DNA of 64,000 nucleotides. Source: Octopus bimaculoides (taxonomy: Eukaryota). Shown piece by piece: positions 12,553-24,192 of this stretch (positions are counted from its first letter, which is position 1; every line of letters begins with the position of its first letter). Below the pieces are notes generated by a model. It was given only the letters and a program-made list of their open reading frames with translations, did not search any database and was not told the DNA's origin. The position numbers were made by a program, and so were the translations under genes. Where the stretch lies: positions 60,994,950 to 61,058,949 of the forward strand of contig NC_068990.1 of NCBI RefSeq assembly GCF_001194135.2, in the 5' to 3' direction.

Positions 12553-12599
<47 letters not shown>

Positions 12600-12604
12600 C
12601 CACC

Positions 12605-12636
<32 letters not shown>

Positions 12637-12645
12637 TATCATCAT
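12405..12645. repeat. (CAT/CAC)n trinucleotide array, about 240 bp
   Basis: Direct reading; source of the spurious poly-His, poly-Met and poly-Ile ORFs. Confidence 0.95.
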
Positions 12646-13214
12646 TTTATAACCAATTTACCATGCAAAAATGGGTTGAATAAGTTTTCTGGGGGATATT
12701 TTTAATGGTTGAATGCCTCTTTCAAAATTACAGGAATACAATGTATCTATTCTAAATTTGGAATACACACTATAATATGCATATGTGAATACGTGTGCTT
12801 GTGTATGTAAGCATCTAGTGCTCTGTGATCCTTAGAAAACAACCAGACAATTTCAAGTTAAGTTGATTCAATGCCTTCAGCTTTGAGTAGATTATCTCTG
12901 CTATGATTAACTCCACTGTAAAGCTCTGTAATAAGGCAATCATTTCCTTTTCAGTTGTACAGTTATTATTTTTTTTTTATCCTTTGCGGCATAGGTGAGA
13001 CAACACTCTGCAGTTAAATGCTGCTCTTGACTATAACCCTTTCTTTTCAAGTAAGATATTTTGTTCCAGATCTTCGCACAGTGAACCATTGTCAGATATT
13101 TTGCTTTGGGAAAACAAACATCTCAGCAACTGCTAAAACAGTGTCAATGCAATGACATGCAGATGTAAACACATCAACAGAAATAAATGTATGTTGTGTG
13201 TATGTTTGTGCATT

Positions 13215-13225
13215 ATGTATGTATG

Positions 13226-13279
<54 letters not shown>

Positions 13280-13313
13280 TGTGTGTTTATATATGTATAT
13301 ATGTGTATATATA
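13215..13313. repeat. (TG)n(GA)n(TA)n compound microsatellite before gap 13314-13520
   Basis: Direct reading. Confidence 0.9.
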
Positions 13314-13619
13314 NNNNNNNNNNNNNNNNNNNNNNNNNNNNNNNNNNNNNNNNNNNNNNNNNNNNNNNNNNNNNNNNNNNNNNNNNNNNNNNNNNNNNNN
13401 NNNNNNNNNNNNNNNNNNNNNNNNNNNNNNNNNNNNNNNNNNNNNNNNNNNNNNNNNNNNNNNNNNNNNNNNNNNNNNNNNNNNNNNNNNNNNNNNNNNN
13501 NNNNNNNNNNNNNNNNNNNNTTTACATTCTTCATGAGTGTCAAACTAATACACCTGCTTGTTATTCCCTCACCTGTCTTTGTCTTTTGTTTTCTGTAAAT
13601 TTGAACTATATAAATGCCA

Positions 13620-13745
13620 TTCATTCATTTAATGTCTGCTTTCCATACTGGCATGGGTTAGACTGGCATGGGTAAGCTGGAAGGCTTCTCCAGGTTTTAG
13701 TCTGATTTGCCATTTCTACAGCTGGATGCACTTCCTAACGCCATA
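13620..13745 (-). mobile_element. SINE family C fragment
   Basis: tttaatgtctgctttccatactggcatggg...tttctacagctggatgcacttcctaacgcc. Confidence 0.7.
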
Positions 13746-13802
13746 TATATATATATTCTTTAATTCTTTTATATGTTTCGACCTTGATTCTGCAGCCATG
13801 TG

Positions 13803-13875
<73 letters not shown>

Positions 13876-14691
13876 ATATATAGACAGACAAACAACAAGC
13901 TTCTACACAGTCATAAAATATTGGTATATTGGTTATTCCCCAGTGGAATCAAACCCCAAAACCTAGGAATCCAGAAACACATGCTTGCAAAGATGAAACT
14001 TCTGAGCATCATCACCATACTTGCACCTTTGACCAAAATATTAAAACAACTACTTAGTCTGGAATAAGATTATATTTCAGCAATTATTGGTCAAATTTTA
14101 TTTATTGCCCTCTATGTAAAAACATACCAATCCCATAAATATCATATCCGTATTTTCTAATTTGTTTTAATTAAATTTTCTTTGGGATATTTGATCTTTG
14201 TTTCACCAGAAGTTGCTAACGTCTTTTGTCACTTGCAATATTGTTCTAGAAAGACTTATAACTGGTCTTATCAGAGTATTAAAGGTGAATTCTTATAGTT
14301 ATAATCTATCATTATTATTTATGAGATATGTGAAGTATCATTGTTTAGGCTGTGAAAGGTGTCAATTCAATATTAATAACTTTATAACATCACATTTAAA
14401 ACTGTAAATATCATTATTTGCTCTAGCAGACTGGAAATAGTGTTTGTATGAGTGTTGGTTGCATTGCTGAATCTTGGCATAAAGCACCTATTTCTGGTTT
14501 CAAATTCTACTGCAATCAAATTTTCCTTTCAGATACCAATAATATATAAAGTGTTTGTTAATATAAGCAAATTTTTCAACTTGAAAATTAACTAGATCTA
14601 AAAATAACTAATTACAACAGAGGCAGTATTAACACCAAAAAGTAATATTCGTCTCCCACTAAAAGTAGTCTAAATGTATATGTATGTATGC

Positions 14692-14742
<51 letters not shown>

Positions 14743-14759
14743 CATGCATGTGCATGAGT

Positions 14760-14945
14760 GTATCATCATCCTCATCATCATCATTAAATGTCCATTGTCC
14801 ATGCTGGTATAGGTTGGATGGTTACAACCAGAGTTGGCAAGCTGGAGAGCTGCACCAGACTCCAGTCTGATTTGGCATGGTTTCTGTAACTGGATGCCCA
14901 TCCTAACACCAACCACTTTACAGAGTGTGCTGGGTGCTTTTACAA
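14760..14945 (-). mobile_element. SINE family C copy
   Basis: (cat)n taaatgtccattgtccatgctgg...ctggatgcccatcctaacaccaaccactttacagagtgtgctgggtgctttt. Confidence 0.8.
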
Positions 14946-15099
14946 GTATTTATATATATATATATAGTCTTCTATTATATCGTAGGGCTGACCAAAGCTT
15001 TGTGAGTAGATTTGGTAGATGGATACTGAAAGAAGACCTCCATACATATGTATGCTTATATATATTGCCATGCTTGACTGCTAGCTAATAAAGCATTCT

Positions 15100-15245
15100 T
15101 TTTTATTCTCTCTTTTTTTATTCTCTGTCTGTTTATTTTCTCGTGGTCCTTTCTGCTGAAGAGTGTAGTCTCAAAATGTAAAAGACTTTCACACCTCCCC
15201 AAGCATTAAACTAATACGCATGTTTGTTGTTTACATACCTGTCTT
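15100..15245 (+). mobile_element. PLE pLTR-like repeat with degenerate minimal hammerhead core
   Basis: ctttCTGCTGAagagtgtagtctcAAAAtGTAaaag (15149-15184) followed by ttaaactaata...acctgtctt as at 30400-30535. Confidence 0.5.
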
Positions 15246-15249
15246 ATAT

Positions 15250-16020
15250 AATAATAATAATAATTATAATAATATTAGGGATAAAAATCCAAATTTACAG
15301 GTAAAAACTCAATTAAATTCAATTTATCAAAACTTAAAATTAAATTAAGTTTCACAGTATATAATATATAAATATATAATTTAGAGAAAAGAACCAAAGT
15401 TCATGAACTCATCCATGAAAATCCAGTCACATATAAAAAAAATTTATAAGCAAATACCCGATAAATAAGTATGATAAAATACAAGGTAAAAATCATAAAA
15501 TAATAATAATAATAAAATGACTACACGTGTTTCATAACCAAGTTTTCAAATAGAAAATAAAATATAATCAAATCGATTAAATCGATCGAAAATCAATTCT
15601 ATCCAAACATATAGCTAATCTTCAGGTCAAAATACAACAGTAATAATAATAAAAGGAATGTATATATCAACCAACAATGAATAACAAATGAATGTATATA
15701 AAAATACTTATTATATTAAGACAGAAAAATGTTAAACAATATTATCAAAAAGAAACGTAATATTAATCTTATCGAAAATTGTAAACGTGACACTATTAAC
15801 TTTATGTTTATTAGAATATAAACTAACAGAAATATTAAATGCAAATCTTATCTTAACGAATCTTTCGTTTGAAATACAATTTAAACGAAGTTTTAGGTTA
15901 AACTAAAACTATAAATGTAATATAAATAACTTTAATTTTAATATAAACTAACAAAAAATTAATTTATATAAATTAATTTATATAAAAATGATTATATCAT
16001 CATTAAATAAAAGAAAAAAA
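15250..16020 (-). mobile_element. AT-rich probable PLE terminal repeat carrying a type I hammerhead-like motif
   Basis: Minus-strand tgacCTGAAGA...GAAAcacgtGTAgtca at 15629-15518; boundaries approximate. Confidence 0.45.
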
Positions 16021-16856
16021 CATATATATATATACTGTATATACTTAAGTAAAAGCCAAATATTTTAGACCAATTTTTAAGGCTAAATTTATGGGGTTGA
16101 CTATTACATGAATACTACTTCTGAAGGCTGAAATTCAAACTGGAATACAAAGTACCATAGTTGTTGATTGAATGTTTCTATCTGGCAGTGTATGACCCCC
16201 AGTCGTACAGTATTATTATCCTCATAAGGTTGGATTGTTATAATGTCCACTCAATATCACAGTACAAGTGCTATCTCAGCACAGACATGCCGATCAACAC
16301 AGTCTACATATACTCTCGACCTCCTGATCTTCCCTCTGTTGACCAGCTACTGGTGTATTTATTATGGCTGGTTGCTACTTTTTACCAGGAGGAGTGTACA
16401 GTTTCACTATACAACAATACAGTATATAAGAAAAGAAAAAATGGGATTAAAAAGTCCTAGCAGATACTATACATCATTCTTATCATGCAAAAGTGTCCTA
16501 AGTCCAAAACGTTGCTTTTTCAGAAAATGAAAAAGTAGTTTCACCATTCCATTTCTTTTTACATTAGCAACAGTTTCAGCTTAACAATAATACTTTGTTG
16601 GTTGCATAAAATTGTAATTCCCTGCATGTATGATATTTTCAGTGAGAAATATTTTTGTAAAACTGCCAACTTACTACACTTTTGAAAAATGCTAAACTGT
16701 TCTACAACACATTGACAATTTTCGTATCATGGCATCTGAAGCTGCTTGAGATATGATAGTTTGACCAAAAGAATTGGGTATTGCAAGCAAAATTAAATAT
16801 TGAAAAAACATGCATTTGGCCAAATTTGGACATACAACAGTTTAACATAATAGCAA

Positions 16857-16895
<39 letters not shown>

Positions 16896-17354
16896 TGAGG
16901 AGGGTATTGGATTTAACCAAACCCAGGAGGATACAGGTAATACCGAGTAAGTGCTGTATACTGATTAATTTGCCCCAGTCGTTGTATGAACAGGATTGGG
17001 TATTATAAGTCGTGTATTAGCGTGTGTATATGTAAATATATAAAAACAAAAAGATAAAGAGAGCAANNNNNNNNNNNNNNNNNNNNNNNNNNNNNNNNNN
17101 NNNNNNNNNNNNNNNNNNNNNNNNNNNNNNNNNNNNNNNNNNNNNNNNNNNNNNNNNNNNNNNNNNNNNNNNNNNNNNNNNNNNNNNNNNNNNNNNNNNN
17201 NNNNNNNNNNNNNNNNNNNNNNNNNNNNNNNNNNNNNNNNNNNNNNNNNNNNNNNNNNNNNNNNNNNNNNNNNNNNNNNNNNNNNNNNNNNNNNNNNNNN
17301 NNNNNNNNNNNNNNNNNNNNNNNNNNNNNNNNNNNNATATATATATATATATAT

Positions 17355-17568
17355 ATATTTCATTCTATAATGGCTACCTCTGATGAACGCAGGGTTACAT
17401 AATAGGGCTGCTACCTAACACTCTATTGAATCACAAGCATAAAACCAATTGGTAAGATCGGCTGTAATGGATATATAATGCTGTACACTTTGACTAATAT
17501 ATATATAGGTAGCAGCCCGATTATGTAACCCTGCATTCATCAGAGGTAGCCATTATAGAATGAAATAT
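17355..17568. repeat. Inverted repeat: 63-bp arms (2 mismatches) with 88-bp spacer
   Basis: 17355-17417 is the reverse complement of 17506-17568. Confidence 0.9.
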
Positions 17569-17601
17569 GGTGACTGCTAAATGCTGGGACTAAACACTGC
17601 T

Positions 17602-17738
17602 TTATGTATCATGAGAGAACCTCTCATATGGACTTATGGTGCATGTAGTCACTCATGTTTATATCACTGACAAGTGATATAAACAGAGTGCACACATGTA
17701 CCACAAGTCTATATGAGAGGTTCTCTCATGGTAAATAA
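17602..17738. mobile_element. Fold-back MITE-like hairpin
   Basis: catgagagaacctctcatat...gtttatatcact gaca agtgatataaac...atatgagaggttctctcatg; related to 24831-25013. Confidence 0.7.
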
Positions 17739-18604
17739 CACAGCATGCTGTGTTCTAACTAGCTTAATTTTGATTTAGATAATTTATTTATAATGTTTGT
17801 AATATTTTGTTGTATTTGTTGCCTTACCTCTGGTAATGATTCTAGATTTCCCATATAAACAAATTTTACACATTCTGTAGGCTACATCTAACTACTGTAC
17901 TGTGCAGGCATAGCTGTGTGGTTAAGAATTATGTTTTGCAGCTACTAACTAAATATGATGTCTTCAGTCAAACTTCTCTCTACTACTGTTTATTGTCAAT
18001 GTAAATTCCAAATTTCCTTATAAATAGTCATAAGTTTTCTAAAATACTACATGAATTCCAAAATTATGAAATGTCTTCCAGTAATAAAATAAGATATCTT
18101 TAATTCTCACTCTGTTAGAGCTCTTAATTTCTTCATCTCCAATGGAGTATTTCTGTCTTCCTCACATTATAACAAAAGTTTAACTAAATTCTTCTAACAT
18201 ACACCATTCTAACCTCATAGTCATGCACAAAATATTACACTTATTATTCTATTATTTGGTTCATTATTTTGTTAGTTTCTCATCATTTGATTCAATATAG
18301 TACATAACTAATTCTAATATATTTATGTATTTCCTATCACTCCAAGGCTTCTTTTCATATAACCCTCTTTGCTGTAATTATTTTGACATCATAACATACC
18401 AGCTCTCCTTTTCAATATAAAATGTTTGTAATATGTAGATGACATTGCAATCCCAGCATACTCTAACATGTTATATTTCAAGATGAGGAATGTATCTAAT
18501 AATGGTTTTCTATGATATTCTAGCTACCCTCTCAATGTATTAAAAAATTGAATTAGAAATATATAAATGGAATATCAAATAACCATAGATAAGATAACCT
18601 TTAA

Positions 18605-18970
18605 CCCTTTAGCATTTAAACTGGCCATATCTAGCCCAAACATTCCACCTGTTTTATGTTCAAACCTGCCGGATCTGGCCACTTGCACCTAACATACAAT
18701 CATTTTAACCCTTTAGTTACCGTATTTATTTTGAGATGTCCTATGTTTCTTTCAATTAATTTTAAATATAACAAATGATTTAGTAAAATAACTTTGTTAT
18801 CATTAAGTTAGTGTTAGGAACATAAGTTGTGACTAAGGTTTGGTGGAAGATTTTAATTCAAAGCTAATGTAAACAAGGCATTTAAACTGCAGAGCCAGAG
18901 GAGGTTTCAGATGGGTTGATATCAAAAGGGTTAAAAATAAACAATCACATCAATGAAAGTGAATTAACTT
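18605..18970. mobile_element. piggyBac-like MITE (outer), interrupted by a second piggyBac-like MITE
   Basis: TTAA-ccctttagcatttaaac start, homologous to the uninterrupted copy at 60293-60469; right end degraded. Confidence 0.65.
18709..18930. mobile_element. piggyBac-like MITE (inner)
   Basis: TTAA(18705-08)-ccctttagttacc ... gatatcaaaaggg-TTAA(18931-34): CCCTTT/AAAGGG termini with TTAA TSD. Confidence 0.8.
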
Positions 18971-19639
18971 AGCAAAATAGCCATAGATAGTTTTTATTTA
19001 TTTATTTATTTATTTATTTTGTTATTTGAACTTTGTGGTGTCAGAGTAGATAGATACATCAGCAGCATGAAAATTAGATATGAAACAAGCAGCTGAACTG
19101 AATTGAAATGAAATGAAATTAAAATAATCTTGGTTGGCAAACAACTTAAACAGAGCTTTGTTATTGAAAACTATAATGATAATGGTGGTGGTGGTGGTGG
19201 TGGTGGTGGTGGTGGTGGTGGTAGGGAGTTGTACTTTTTTTACTGAACTAAATTTTTTATATCACCTATCACCTAATGCTTAAGTGCAATTGTTTATTAC
19301 CTGCTTACTTGAAAATTGGTATTTGTTTATAAAATTAGATGACAAATGATGTACACTAACAAGAAAGAATGAGACAGTTTAGGCAACACCGCAAAGAGAA
19401 GCAGAGGGTTGAATCACAAGAACAATCATGAGAGCAGCAGCATAGAAGGGAAAATCTGAATCAAAGAGAACACAGTATTTACAACAGATAAAAGAATGTG
19501 TTCAAGATAGAATAAAAAGTAAAAACGAGAGAGAACATCAAAACAGCTGTAAATAAATGGTTGAAAGTTACAACATTGGTAACACATAACTGCAAGATTG
19601 AAATTTGCTGAGGGAGTGCAAACTTAGGTCCAATCTATG

Positions 19640-19698
19640 ATGTTCAAAGCCTTGTGAGTGGATTTGGTAGATGGAAACTGAAAGACACCTGTCATATA

Positions 19699-19750
<52 letters not shown>

Positions 19751-20160
19751 CACTTGACAACCAGTATTGGTGTGTTTACATTCCTGTAAGTTAGTGGTGC
19801 AGCAAAAGAAGTTGACAGAATAAGTAATAGGCAGAGCTGGCAGAAATGTTAGACGCTGGACAAAATGCTTAGCGGTATTTTGTCTGTCGCTATGTTCTGA
19901 CTTCAAATTCCGCTGAGGTCGACTTTGCGTTTCATCCTTTCGGGGTCGATTAAATAAGTACCAGTTACGCACTGGGGTCGATATAATCGACTTAATCCGT
20001 TTGTCTGTCCTTGTTTGTCCCCTCTGTGTGTAGCCTCTTGTGGGCAGTAAAGAAATAAGAATAAGTAATAGGCTTTTAAAAAAGTCTTGTTTGACTAAAA
20101 CCCTTCAAAGTGGTGCACCAGCATGGCCACAGTCAAAATGATTGAGACAATTAAAAAAAA
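19640..20160 (+). mobile_element. SINE family A (5'-truncated), interrupted by SINE family B
   Basis: aaagccttgtgagtggatttggtag...(TA)n...cttgacaaccag...agaataagtaataggc [insert] ...ggtgcaccagcatggccacagtc. Confidence 0.8.
19833..20057 (+). mobile_element. SINE family B with 16-bp TSD
   Basis: TSD agaataagtaataggc at 19817-19832 and 20058-20073; body gagctggcagaa...ttcaaattcc...tttcatcctttcggggtcgat...taaagaaata. Confidence 0.9.
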
Positions 20161-20364
20161 AAAGTCGCAAGATTAAAAATCATATTAAGTGTAAAAATTA
20201 GCTGATGAATGGGTGAAAGAGAAGGTGAGTGAAGCTGAAGAAAAATAAAATTAAAATTATCTGGTGCTCCAGCCTGACCACAGCCTTAGGGCTGAAACAT
20301 GTAAATGAGTAAAAGAGTAAAATAATTGAATGTAGGCCAATATTTTATCAAGGGAATGTGGTGT

Positions 20365-20580
20365 GCTAGCAGAATCATTGGCATGCCAGGCAAAATGATT
20401 GGTGGTGTTTCATCTATCTTTATGTTCTGAGTTCAAATTCGACTTAAAATTCGAGTTCAAGGTTGATTTTACCTTTGAACCTTTCAGGGTCGATAAAATA
20501 AGTACCAATTGAACACTGGTGTCAATGTAATCGATTTATCCTCTCCTTGAACTTATGCCAAAATTTGAAATTAATATTTA
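20365..20580 (+). mobile_element. SINE family B, older copy
   Basis: gctagcagaatcattggcatgccaggcaaaatg...gttctgagttcaaattc...tcgataaaataagtacc...aaatttgaaa. Confidence 0.8.
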
Positions 20581-21284
20581 GTCAAGAGAGAGAGAGAGAG
20601 AGAGATACTTGAGTGTAATTTGGGTAGCTAGTGATATAGATTGATGGTGGCAATGTTTTATTTCAATAAGTGTTAATGTTGCAATTGTAATTTATGTAAA
20701 AAATAACTTAGGCTTTCTATGTATATGTACATATATGTGTGTATGATTAAACAGCTACTATAATTTTTTTAATAATACTCTCCAAAAGAATCATGTTTAT
20801 AATTATTATCAGATCAGAACTGACTAAAATATATAATATGCTAAAGGAGAACTATAAGTTTTTGAATAATTCTACTTGCAGAATAATTTAGAACTATTAA
20901 ATTACTAAATTACTAAAGAATCCTCTTAATTTGGGGTAAATTGTTAAAAAAAATGTGTTTCCAGAAAAATATAGATTATAATAGTAGATTAATTAAAAGA
21001 ACAAAGATGAAACTTATGCTATATATAGGATATAGGTTAATAGCAAGGAATTGAAATAAGTGCCATCATACAGATGAGAATTAGATGTAAGGGTAATGAT
21101 ATAAATCTGAATAAAAATGCAATTATTGTAGCTTAAAAACTTACATGTTAAGCATATAAATAAATGGAACAGTGTTTGAAGTAAAAAAATTAACTTAACT
21201 GGAAGCTATAGAAAATTTGATTAAGTGTTAAAAAAGAAAGTTACATGAAGGTATAATTGTGAAAACAAAATGGGTGGAATATGA

Positions 21285-21317
<33 letters not shown>

Positions 21318-21710
21318 CACTTCCCTCTACAAACCCATTGTAGAAGATCTAATGCAATTTATAAATGCACCATCCTCAACACATTACACAATTCTACAGC
21401 TATATATATAGGGTCAAGCATAAATTTTAAACAGTGATATGCCGCTCATCTCAATTCTTTTAGATACAAGAAACACAGTAAATCCACAACACTTGCCAGC
21501 CACATACATCGTCTCAAAAATAGAAATATTCCCTACAGTTTGTTATGGTTCATAATAGATTCAGGGCTTCCATACCAAGGTCAAAACTTAGCCTGTAAGT
21601 TATGCCTTAAAGAGGAATTTTACATATTAAAACACAACTCCTCAACACTACTAAACAAATATAATGAGGCCCTAAACACATGCAACCACCGCTTTTTTCA
21701 TACCTCCAAA
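21318..21710 (+). mobile_element. PLE GIY-YIG endonuclease domain, decayed
   Basis: FPLQTHCRRSNAIYKCTI...AIYIGSSINFKQ*YAAHLNSFRY...TTLASHIHRLKNRNIPYSLLWFII...PYQGQNLACKLCLKEEFYIL...LLNKYNEALNTCNHR; matches the PLE EN pattern CPL--C--N-VY...YIG...FK-RY--H--SF...C-LCL-E...LN---E----C-H. Confidence 0.85.
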
Positions 21711-21844
21711 TTTTACCAAAAATCTAAATGCAACCTAAATAACCACACATCTCTTCCTTTCCTTCCCCCACACCCCTCCCATCCACCCATCACATTATCT
21801 TGACCACTGGCTAACACTCCCTCTCTCACTTCCTTCTTTTAAAT

Positions 21845-22466
21845 TATAATTATATTTAGAATTGTTGAAAAATTTAATATTATGATTATATCCCACCTTA
21901 TGACGCACTTCATTATGATATGGTGCATGTTTATTGAATATCACATAGTTGGAAGAAAGTACTGAAATTCTTTTCCCTATACTATTTACTAATGCTTTCT
22001 TAATAGAAGGTGGATGGTTACTCTTAGCGTTAATATATTTCAGGTTTTTGTTAATTTTATGTTAAGGTTGGGTTATACCTGTTATTAAGTTGAAATTTAC
22101 ATCTAAGTAGTTGACATTGCTATATTCGTTATAAATTGTAATCCTAAGACCATTTCTTTTAAAGAAATTGTATATTTTCTTCTTATATATTTCTAAAGTT
22201 CTATTCGTGCTATTTTTCATTATTAGCAGGAGGTCATCTATGTATAATCCACCCTCCAATTTAAGATTTTCTAATTGGAGTTCTGCTAATAAATAAATTC
22301 CTACTAGGTCTGTAATCTGAGCAGAATCCGGTGCTCCCATAGGGATATCAAAAACATCCCTGGTATCCTTTCTGGCCCATAATTTATTATTGTACCTAAT
22401 AAATGATTTTCTCGACATTTTTACTACCTTAACTTCCTCTTTAGTCATTCCCACTGTGAAAACCAT
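21845..22466 (-). mobile_element. PLE reverse transcriptase (domains about 4-7 and thumb), decayed
   Basis: FDIPMGAPDSAQITDLVGIYLL...GGLYIDDLLLIM...IYNFFKRNGLRITI...VNYLDVNFNLITG, continuing after a stop as LKYINAKSNHPPSIKK...RISVLSSNYVIFNKHAPYHNE. Confidence 0.9.
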
Positions 22467-22479
22467 GCCAAAACTAACC

Positions 22480-22675
22480 TCGCCTGTGCTGGTACTATGT
22501 AAAAAGCACTCACCTCACTTTGAGGGGTGGTTGGTGTAATGAAGGGCATCAAGTTGTAAAAATCATACCAAAACAGACACAGAAGTATAGTGCAGTCTTC
22601 TATCTGGCAAGCTCCTGTCAAACAATCTAACCGATGCCAGCATGGAAGGCAGACATTAAACGATGATGATGATGA
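22480..22675 (+). mobile_element. SINE family C copy
   Basis: gtgctggtactatgtaaaaagcac...gggcatcaagttgtaaaaatcatacc...atgccagcatggaaggcagacattaaacgatgatg. Confidence 0.75.
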
Positions 22676-22689
22676 TACATATATCTTTC

Positions 22690-22920
22690 TGCATGTGTCT
22701 TTGTGTCCTCACCACCACCTCTTGACAACTGATGCTGGTGTTTTTACATACTGGTAAATTAGCAGTTCAGCAAAGGCAACTAATAAAATAAGCAGCACTC
22801 TTAAAAAAAAAGCAAAAATAAGTACTGGACGGGATGCAATTCATGCAATTAAAAATCCTTCAAGGTGGTGCAACATTATGGTCACAGTCTAATGAGTGAA
22901 ACAAGTAAAAAATAAAAGAT
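22690..22920 (+). mobile_element. SINE family A, 3' half
   Basis: cttgacaactgatgctggtg...agcagttcagcaaag...caaggtggtgc...gtcacagtctaatgagtgaaacaagtaaaa. Confidence 0.7.
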
Positions 22921-22949
22921 TGTAAAAGATTATAAAATATTATATCTAT

Positions 22950-23065
22950 TCATCATCATCATCGTTTAACGTCCGCTTTCCATGCTAGCATGGGTTGGAC
23001 GATTTGACTGAGGACTGGTGAAACCGGATGGCAACACCAGGCTCCAGTCTGATTTGGCAGCCTGG
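22950..23065 (-). mobile_element. SINE family C, 3' fragment (well conserved)
   Basis: (cat)n cgtttaacgtccgctttccatgctagcatgggttggacg...ctccagtctgatttggc. Confidence 0.8.
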
Positions 23066-23854
23066 TGTTGCCAGTTATTGCTCATTGAAAATATTTATCA
23101 TATAGATAAAAGAGCTGTTTAGTGATACTAGTATACACTTTGAAATCAAATGAAGTATTAAATCTAATATTTTTACCTTTTCTATTTTCTTTTTATTGGA
23201 ATATTGTAATTCATGTATTTACTCTTAACCTTAAAACACGTTCATTTAGAAAGACCATTTTATAGAATTAAGGTGTATCAGATGAACTACTAGATAACTT
23301 GTACAATAGCATTTTTCACTGAATTATTTATTATATCATGCAGATAGTTTGAAGCCATATTTATATACTATAATGTTCCATTTAACTTTATAAATGTGCA
23401 ATATTTATTGGGTTCTAAATTTCATGTTATATGTAAAAAAATTATCAATCTGTAAATTTGTTTTAACAGTAATCGTGAGGTGAAAATCTTCAAATAACTC
23501 AGAATGGAATTTTATTTGAAACTCTCTTACTGTTAGTCATTCATGTTGCATGTAATAAGGACTCTTTTTTAACTATGTAAATTTCACTGTAAATAGTTGA
23601 CCTTATGGAAAATGATTAGGATAAGTACTTATCAAAAGAATTAGCAACTTATTTATTTACACAGTGTTATCAAGAGGAAGGAGTGAATCCACATGCATGA
23701 TTATTTTCATAATGAAATTGGTTGTTATCAAAGGGTAATAGTCAATGATATCAAACTGGGTTAATTTATAAAGGTGCTTATTTATAAATACTGATTAACC
23801 AATAAGAATCAGGCAAACTGATGTGTGCATCATTTGTAACATGTGCATCTTAAA

Positions 23855-24192
23855 CAGTGGTTCTCAGTTGGTGTCCATATGATCTCTGAGGGTCCATATA
23901 AGATTTCTGTAACAAAATAGTAAATTGGGGATCTGCAATAGTATTTTAAGGGCCCCTGAAAAAAATTTGTTCTAGATGTATGTATTGGTATGTATTATGA
24001 GAAACAGCTAGGATTTTTCTCTGACACTTTACATAGTTCAACCTACACAAATCATTGTGTGAAAAACAAAATAGGAATTTTGAAAGCAGTTTCTATAAAA
24101 CTAGTTTTTAACACTGAATGGTTATAAAGGTCCACCAGATTGAAAGAGTTATCAAAGGGGTCCATAGATAAAAAAATAGTTGAGAACCCCTG
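23855..24192. mobile_element. hAT (Charlie-like) MITE
   Basis: Termini cagtggttctcag.../...ttgagaacccctg with repeated ggtcca subterminal motifs; 8-bp TSD only partly retained. Confidence 0.65.

Noticed and set aside
12292-12705. Poly-His / poly-Met ORFs
   Set aside because: Pure (CAT/CAC)n array, open in several frames, with no coding context.
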